This document shows, piece after piece, positions 57,940-64,000 of a stretch of 64,000 nt of DNA (the stretch's first letter is position 1; each line of letters begins with the position of its first letter). Made by a program: the position numbers and the translations under genes. Location: positions 1,184,001-1,248,000 of the forward strand of contig CBDFJG010000004.1 in NCBI GenBank assembly GCA_965248445.1, in the 5' to 3' direction. Origin of the DNA: Planctomycetota bacterium (GTDB lineage: Bacteria > Planctomycetota > JAJSAM01 > JAJVHW01). Under the pieces are notes generated by a model. It worked only from the letters and a program-made list of their open reading frames with translations, searched no databases and was not told the DNA's origin.

Positions 57940-60900
57940 CCGTCGCGCTGGACGAGGTCGTCCGCGCTCTCGATCGCGGCGAGTCGGTGAGCGCCGGCTG
58001 GCTGCGCGAGAACTTCGCGGATTGCTGGGAAGCCATCGTCGAGGCGCTCGAGTTGCAGCGCACCATGCGCGGCCAAGTGCCCGAAGTGGATTCAATCGGC
58101 CCGTACCGCGTCCTCAGGAAGCTCGGCTCTGGGGGCATGGGCGCTGTGTACCTGGCGCAACATCGCGACGCCGCGGGCCCCGCAGTCGTTGCGATCAAGG
58201 TCATTCGCCCGGACCTGCAGGCCTCGTCGCATGCCCTCTCGCGCTTTCTGGGCGAGGCGGAGCTGGGAGCGCGCGTCGATCATCCCAACGTCGTCCGGGT
58301 GCTCGACTCCGGGATCGCCGAGTGCGACCAGCGGCACCTGTCGTATCTCGTCATGGAGTACGTCGAGGGCCAGACGCTGCACGAGCTCGCAGCAGAGGTC
58401 GGTCCTGTAGGAGAGGAGCTCTGCCGGCACATCGGGCGCGATGTCGCCGCCGGGCTAGCGGCCATCCATGCCGAGGGCGCCGTGCATCGCGACGTCAAAC
58501 CGTCCAACGTGATCATCGCCGACGACCAGACCGTGAAGGTGATGGACCTTGGTGCCAGTGGATTCGTCGAGCCGGCCGGGCGCCCGTCGCGACCGGGAAG
58601 GTTCGTCGGGTCGTTCCTGTACGCCGCCCCAGAGCAACTGGTCGACGCGCAGGGCGAACTGTGCCCGACGTGGGACCTGTTCGCGCTGGGCGTCCTGCTC
58701 GAGGAGTTGATCACAGGCCGCCATCCGCTCGAGCCTCGTCGCGGGGGACGCTGCCCGACAGTGTCGGCGTTCCTCGAGTGCCTGATCCGGAGTCTCGTCG
58801 CGCCCGACCCCCGGGACCGACCCGCGTCGGCGCAAGCTGTCGTGACCATCCTGGACGAGGGAGAGTCCGGCGAATGGTGGCGCGCGCGCGCGCCGTCCTT
58901 CGTCCCGACGCTCGGTCGGGGGCCGCCGGCCCTCTCCGTGTCCCGCGACGCGTCGGTGCGCGGGCGCGACGTGGAACTCGCGTGTCTCCAGGCAGCGTTG
59001 GCCGACGCCGTTGGCGGGCATCCACGCGTTGTTCTCGTCGAAGGCGAGGCCGGGGTGGGCAAGACCCGTCTCGTCGATGAGTTCCTGCACCTCGCGTGGT
59101 CGGACGACGCGGCATTCGACTTCGTCGAGGTGGGTCACGAGTACCCGGGCGCCCGCAGTGCAGAGCCGTGGTTCGAGGGGTTCCGCGAGCTGGTCGGTGC
59201 CGACGCGGACTCCGCGGCCGTCGAGGGGCGGCTGGCGGTGCTCCCGGAGACCGCGTCCGCGGTGCTGCGTGCACTGCGGCCCGATACCGCCGGCGGGGAC
59301 CGACCGGAGTCGGCCGATGCGGTGGAGGGAGTGGTCCGCGCCCTCGCGCGGTCGCTCGGCACGGGTAGGCCGGCCGTCGTGTTCGTGGATGACCTGCACC
59401 TGGCCTCCGACCGAGGACGCGCTGCGCTCCTCTCCGTGGTCAGTGAACTGGGCGACCGCTCGGTGCTGGTCGTCGCCGCGACGCGAGCGTGTCCGCCCGC
59501 ATCGTGGCTGGAGACCGTCCGGGCCGTGGCGCACGTCGACCGGCTCGAGTTGCGCCGGCTGTCTCAACAGGACCTGCGCGAACTGCTCTGCGACGTGTTC
59601 GGCTCGGAACGGATTCACGGGGAGCTGTTCGCGCAGATCGCGGACCGCTCCGGCGGGAACCCGCATTTCGCGCTCGAGATCGTGAGATCGCTGCGGGAGC
59701 ATGGCGCGGTTGTCTGCGGTGCCGACGGTGCGACTCCGACCGCTGCGGTTCCGAGCCCGGTCGACCTCCCGGCTTCCGTCCGCGAGCTCATCGATTCACG
59801 GCTCGGTCTGCTGCGGGACGCCGAGCGCCGTGTCGTCTCTGTCGCGGCGTGTGTCGGATCGTGCTTCGACGGCGCGCTCGTGGCCGATGCGCTGGAAGAG
59901 CCGCGTGTGTCGGTGCTGCGCAGTCTGTCGCGCCTGGAGAGCGCGCACCGACTGTTGCGAGCGGAAGGACGCGCGTTCGAGTTCGACCACGCGGTGGTCC
60001 GGGAGTGCGTCTACGGCTCGCTGCCCGAGGGGTTGCGTGACGCGCACCACGCGGCGCTGGCCAGCACCCTGATCCGGCGCGGTCGTGACGGCGACGCACC
60101 GGAGATCTGTCGCCATCTGGTGCATGCCGGTCGACCGGAAGAGGCGCTCGGTCGTCTCCCCGCCGCTGTTGCGTGGCTGGAACAGCGAGGCGCGCGGAAC
60201 CAGGTGGCGGAGCTGGTCTCGTCCGTCCTGGGGGTGGACGGACTCCTCGTGGGAGAAGCGCGGACCGTGTGGCTTCTGCGTCTGGCCGACGCGCACTCGT
60301 GGATGGCCGATCTCGAGGCCGAACGCGCTGTCCTGCGGACAGCACGCGCCGAGCTGGAGCAGCTCTCGGACGTCGCCACGCTCGCTCGCCTGGCGGTGCG
60401 CGAGGCACGGAACCTGCACCGCGCCGGAGAGACGCGCGCGGCCCGCGCTGCTGCCCGCGCAGCGCTCCGGGAATGCCGCCGGCTGGATGACTCAGTCGGA
60501 GTGGCGGAGTGCGCGGGTGTCCTCGCCGCGGGCGCGCTCCGGCGGGGTCGGATCCCGCTGGGCGAGGCCCGCGCACGCCAGCAACTCGCCGCAGCGCGCG
60601 AAGCCGCGAGCGCCGAGAACGAAGTCGACGCGCTGAAAGCCCTTGGCACCGCGATGCAGTCGCGCAGCGACTACGCCGCCGCGATGGAGTGCGCGCGGGA
60701 CGCGCTGGATATCGCTCGGGCGCGCGGACTCCGCTCCCGTGCCGCTCAACTCACCGGGAACGTCGGCAGCGCGCTCGCCTGCCAGAGGCGGTTCGGCGAG
60801 GCACAGGACTGGATCCGCCGGGGCGCACGCGCCGCGCGGGAGCTGGGGGACCGCTCCGCAGAGATTCGCATGACGGGCAATCTGATCACGCTTGCCACCT

Positions 60901-61619
60901 GGACCGGCGACTACGGCGCGCTCCTCGACTTGGCCGAGAGGCTCGTCGCTCTCGCGCGAAGCACTGGAGACCTTCCGCAGGTCGCGGAGTCACTGAGCCG
61001 CTACGCCGGTGTCCTGCAGCGGCTCGGATACCGTGACAGGGCAACGGAGATGCGGACCGAGGCTCTCTCGCTGTTCCGGCACTGCCAGGACGCCGACGGA
61101 GAGGTGACCGAGCTGATCGCGATCGCCAACGCGGCTGAGGTGGAGAGCAGGATCGAGGACGCCGTGGTGGCATACGAGTCGGCCCTCTCCGCGGCGGTGG
61201 TCGCCGGACGGCAGCGCACGTACTGCGAGACGCTCCTGTTCTCGGGTTTCGTGCTGCGCCAGGCGGGACGACTGGAACTGGCGGATCAACGCGTGTCCTC
61301 GGCACTAACGATCGCCCGTGAACGCGGTTGGAGGGGTCTGGTCACCTACGCCCTCGCGGACCTCGCCACACGGCACTCGAAGTACGTTCCAGAGGCGCGG
61401 GCCGCGGCCGCAGCGAACCGCGAGTTGCTGTCGTCGACCGAGACCATCGATGTCAACTACGCGCTCTGGCTCGCCACCCGCGAACGCGAGTACCTGGTCG
61501 CGTCGCACGCCGAAGTCCTGCGGGTCATCGAACGCGCGCCGACGGAGGCGGCCCGGCGTGGGATTCGGGACATCCCGTTGCACCGGGACGTGCTCGCCGA
61601 CGCGGCTGCTCAGGCGTAA
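57924..61619 (+). CDS. Ser/Thr kinase - STAND ATPase - TPR protein #4 (about 1231 aa) with an extra N-terminal helical segment
   Basis: GSGGMG, HRDVKPSN, DLG, GEAGVGKT, VDDLH, GNPHF, TPRs. Confidence 0.9.
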   Translation: METRLTVALDEVVRALDRGESVSAGWLRENFADCWEAIVEALELQRTMRGQVPEVDSIGPYRVLRKLGSGGMGAVYLAQHRDAAGPAVVAIKVIRPDLQASSHALSRFLGEAELGARVDHPNVVRVLDSGIAECDQRHLSYLVMEYVEGQTLHELAAEVGPVGEELCRHIGRDVAAGLAAIHAEGAVHRDVKPSNVIIADDQTVKVMDLGASGFVEPAGRPSRPGRFVGSFLYAAPEQLVDAQGELCPTWDLFALGVLLEELITGRHPLEPRRGGRCPTVSAFLECLIRSLVAPDPRDRPASAQAVVTILDEGESGEWWRARAPSFVPTLGRGPPALSVSRDASVRGRDVELACLQAALADAVGGHPRVVLVEGEAGVGKTRLVDEFLHLAWSDDAAFDFVEVGHEYPGARSAEPWFEGFRELVGADADSAAVEGRLAVLPETASAVLRALRPDTAGGDRPESADAVEGVVRALARSLGTGRPAVVFVDDLHLASDRGRAALLSVVSELGDRSVLVVAATRACPPASWLETVRAVAHVDRLELRRLSQQDLRELLCDVFGSERIHGELFAQIADRSGGNPHFALEIVRSLREHGAVVCGADGATPTAAVPSPVDLPASVRELIDSRLGLLRDAERRVVSVAACVGSCFDGALVADALEEPRVSVLRSLSRLESAHRLLRAEGRAFEFDHAVVRECVYGSLPEGLRDAHHAALASTLIRRGRDGDAPEICRHLVHAGRPEEALGRLPAAVAWLEQRGARNQVAELVSSVLGVDGLLVGEARTVWLLRLADAHSWMADLEAERAVLRTARAELEQLSDVATLARLAVREARNLHRAGETRAARAAARAALRECRRLDDSVGVAECAGVLAAGALRRGRIPLGEARARQQLAAAREAASAENEVDALKALGTAMQSRSDYAAAMECARDALDIARARGLRSRAAQLTGNVGSALACQRRFGEAQDWIRRGARAARELGDRSAEIRMTGNLITLATWTGDYGALLDLAERLVALARSTGDLPQVAESLSRYAGVLQRLGYRDRATEMRTEALSLFRHCQDADGEVTELIAIANAAEVESRIEDAVVAYESALSAAVVAGRQRTYCETLLFSGFVLRQAGRLELADQRVSSALTIARERGWRGLVTYALADLATRHSKYVPEARAAAAANRELLSSTETIDVNYALWLATREREYLVASHAEVLRVIERAPTEAARRGIRDIPLHRDVLADAAAQA

Positions 61620-61648
61620 GGTCGCCGCGGCCCCGAGGAACGGTCGGA

Positions 61649-63187
61649 CTAGAACATCCGCTGCAGGATCGCGCGGTCGCCCTGGAGTGCGACGCGCTGC
61701 TGGTAGAGGCGTAGGCCGCGGTCCATGCCGAGTTCCTCGCCGCCGCCCGCGCGGCCGGGGCCGCCGTGCACCGACCCGGGCAGCACGGTGCCGCTGCCGA
61801 GAGTCTGGTCCGCGACCTTCGCGGAGCCGATGTAGAGCCGGCCGTGCCACGGGCCGAGTCCGACCACCAGTCGCTTGATCGCGTCCTTGTCGTCGGAATA
61901 GATGCTCGCGACGAGCGAGCCCATGCCCTTGCGGACGAGTTCGATGGCGTGGTCCACGTCGCGGGTCGGGATGATCGTGGCGACCGGCCCGAAGACCTCG
62001 TGGTCGTGGACCAGCGTCGCCGCGTCGGCGTCCCGCACGCGCAGGAGCGCCGGGGCGACGAGGTACGCCGCGTCGTGGTCGATGTCGGTGAACTCCTCAC
62101 CCGCGTAGACGACGTCGGCCTCCTCGGCGAGCTTCGCGATACCGGCGCGCACGTCACGCTGCTGCGCCGCCGTGGCGAGCGGACTGACGATGACCTCGCG
62201 CAAGCGCGGGTTGCCGGTCTTGACGGCGGACAGGCGCTCGACGAGCTCGGCCTGCACCGCGTCGGCCATCTCCTCCGGCACGAAGATCCGCCGCACGGCG
62301 GTGCACTTCTGGCCCGCCTTCTGCGTGATCTCGGTGATCACGTCCTTCAGGAACAGGTTCATGGTCTCGCTGCCCGGCGAGACGTCGGGGCCAAGCACAG
62401 CGGAGTTCAGGGAATCGGCCTCGACGTTCACGCGGACGCTGTTGCGCAGCAGGTTCTCGTTGCTGCGGAGCATGAAGCCCGTGGCTGCGGAACCCGTGAA
62501 AGCGAGTATGTCCTGCGGCCCCATGTTGTCGAGCAGGTCTGCCGTGCCGCCGCAGAGGATCTGCAGGGCGCCGTCGGGAAGGACGCTCTCCTCGACGAGG
62601 ATGCGCACCATCGCCTCGGTGACGAGCGCTGTCGCGGTCGCGGGCTTGGTGACGACGGGGACGCCGGCCAGCCAGGCGCAGGCGGCCTTCTCGGCCATGC
62701 CCCACGCGGGGAAGTTGAACGCGTTGATGTGCACGGCCACGCCTTCGCGCGGCACGAAGATGTGCTCGCCCCAGAAGCGCGGCGTGCGACCGAGCTGCTG
62801 CCCGTCGCCGTCCATGACCACCGTGACGTCGCCGAGCGACTTGCCGAGCGATGCGTACGCGGCAAGCGTGGCCGTCGCCCCGTCGAGGTCGAACTTCGCG
62901 TCCTTGCGCGTGTTACCGCCGTTCTGGATCGCGAGCTCGATGAGCTCTTCGCGCTTGGCGTGCAGCGCCTTGCTGGCCGCCTTGAGCATCGCGCCCCGCT
63001 CGGCGAACGTCATCTCTCGGAGCTTGGGGCCTCCGACAGTGCGCGCGTAATCGAGCACGGCCGGCATGTCGATGCCGGTTGTGTCGCACTGCGCGACGGC
63101 CTCGCCGGTGCACGGATTGTGGAGCGAGCGGGGGCTCCCCTCACCCTGCTTCCAAGCGCCGCAGACGTAGCTCTCGAGAGTTCGCAT
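61649..63187 (-). CDS. PaaZ/BoxD-type aldehyde dehydrogenase (3,4-dehydroadipyl-CoA semialdehyde dehydrogenase-like)
   Basis: HINAFNFP.WG..EK, EADSLN, KAGQKCTA.RR, HGGPGRAGGGEELG; no MaoC domain. Confidence 0.9.
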   Translation of the reverse strand: MRTLESYVCGAWKQGEGSPRSLHNPCTGEAVAQCDTTGIDMPAVLDYARTVGGPKLREMTFAERGAMLKAASKALHAKREELIELAIQNGGNTRKDAKFDLDGATATLAAYASLGKSLGDVTVVMDGDGQQLGRTPRFWGEHIFVPREGVAVHINAFNFPAWGMAEKAACAWLAGVPVVTKPATATALVTEAMVRILVEESVLPDGALQILCGGTADLLDNMGPQDILAFTGSAATGFMLRSNENLLRNSVRVNVEADSLNSAVLGPDVSPGSETMNLFLKDVITEITQKAGQKCTAVRRIFVPEEMADAVQAELVERLSAVKTGNPRLREVIVSPLATAAQQRDVRAGIAKLAEEADVVYAGEEFTDIDHDAAYLVAPALLRVRDADAATLVHDHEVFGPVATIIPTRDVDHAIELVRKGMGSLVASIYSDDKDAIKRLVVGLGPWHGRLYIGSAKVADQTLGSGTVLPGSVHGGPGRAGGGEELGMDRGLRLYQQRVALQGDRAILQRMF

Positions 63188-63379
63188 CAGATCCTCCGGT
63201 GGAACCGCGCAGGGTAGCGAACGGGGGCGGTGCGGTGTGACCTCTGCCGGGTCCCGCACGTCCTGGTGAGCGGCGCCCCTGAGTCTCCCCCACCGAGCGG
63301 GTCAAACCACCCACTCGTGTCTGCCGGTGCGTCCGTCACGTCGCCCGCGAGCCCGGGAGTTCACCCCCTTGGGAGGGTG

Positions 63380-63448
63380 GGGGTGAGCGAGGGTGCCGCA
63401 GCGCGGCACGAGGAGCGTCCTGCGGACGGTCCGAGACGAGCGAACGCG
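63380..63448. repeat. 69-nt structured intergenic element, copy 2
   Basis: See 47906-47974. Confidence 0.75.
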
Positions 63449-63520
63449 GAGCGGAGGCGGTTTGCCGTAGCGGAGTGGAACGCCGAAGCGGAGGGCATGT
63501 GGGTGGGGACGCGCAGCAGC

Positions 63521-64000
63521 TCAGGGGGTCTGGAAGACGCTCTCGCGCCAGTACCGCAGCTCCTCGATGCTCTCGCGGATGTCGGCCAGTGCGCGGTGGC
63601 CCTTCCCCTTGTCGGGGCGCTTGCGATAGGCGTCGGGATACCAACGGCGGGCGAGTTCCTTGACGGAGGACACGTCGATCGAGCGGTACGACAGGTAGCC
63701 CTCGAGCCGCGGCATCTGGCGGTCCAGGAAGCGCCGGTCCGTGCCGATGCTGTTGCCGCAGAGAGGGTGTACGCCGCTGCGCGGGCAGTGCTTCCGCACG
63801 AATGCGAGCGTCTGCTCTTCCGCTTCGGCGACCGAGATCCCCGACTCCCGGATCTGCCTCGTGAGCCCGCTCTTCTTGTGCATGTCGCGCACGATCTTGG
63901 GCATCTGCGCGAGCTGCTCGTCGGTCGCGTGGATGACCAGTTCCGGACCCTCGGCGAGGATCTCGAGCGCACCGTCGGTGACGATCGTCGCAATCTCGAC
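63521..64000 (-). CDS. orn: Oligoribonuclease (5' end outside window)
   Basis: EIATIVTD..L...AEGP, H.KSGL, LCGNSIGTDRRFL, YRSIDVSSVKELARRW, HRALADIRESIEELRY. Confidence 0.95.
   Translation of the reverse strand, partial: VEIATIVTDGALEILAEGPELVIHATDEQLAQMPKIVRDMHKKSGLTRQIRESGISVAEAEEQTLAFVRKHCPRSGVHPLCGNSIGTDRRFLDRQMPRLEGYLSYRSIDVSSVKELARRWYPDAYRKRPDKGKGHRALADIRESIEELRYWRESVFQTP

Noticed and set aside
7310..62000. Many long antisense or alternate-frame ORFs (e.g. 7310-9274, 45116-47395, 49669-51684)
   Set aside because: Expected shadows of real genes in high-GC DNA; no motifs.

Overview
High-GC bacterial window. The ECF/Ser-Thr-kinase gene content suggests Planctomycetota (inference). 0-23 kb is a mobile, decaying accessory zone with three 3'-end remnants of tRNA-Arg(ACG), dispersed ~40-bp boundary repeats, four Ser/Thr kinase-STAND ATPase-TPR (NLR-like) genes (two intact, one split by an 8-bp duplication, one fragment), hspQ and a head-to-tail trimer of an IS1380-family element. 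23-38 kb holds an OmpR-type two-component system divergent from a secreted thioredoxin-fold gene whose two annotated ORFs are one frame interrupted by TGA in a Cys-TGA context resembling selenoprotein N (candidate bacterial SELENON-like selenoprotein with a SECIS-like hairpin). It is followed by DUF2079, a CzcCBA-type efflux system, a GNAT, ArsC and an aquaporin. 38-48 kb has a membrane-anchored ECF sigma, pilin-like genes, an SDR and a small integrase-less island at tRNA-Pro(GGG) carrying IS1595 and a beta-solenoid surface protein. 48-64 kb has a divergent Tag-like gene, a Gld-like ABC system, DJ-1, a vapBC with a scrambled toxin, a beta-helix protein, an ECF sigma coupled to a fifth kinase-STAND-TPR gene, a PaaZ/BoxD-type aldehyde dehydrogenase and orn. 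All calls come from reading the sequence; no database searches were run.
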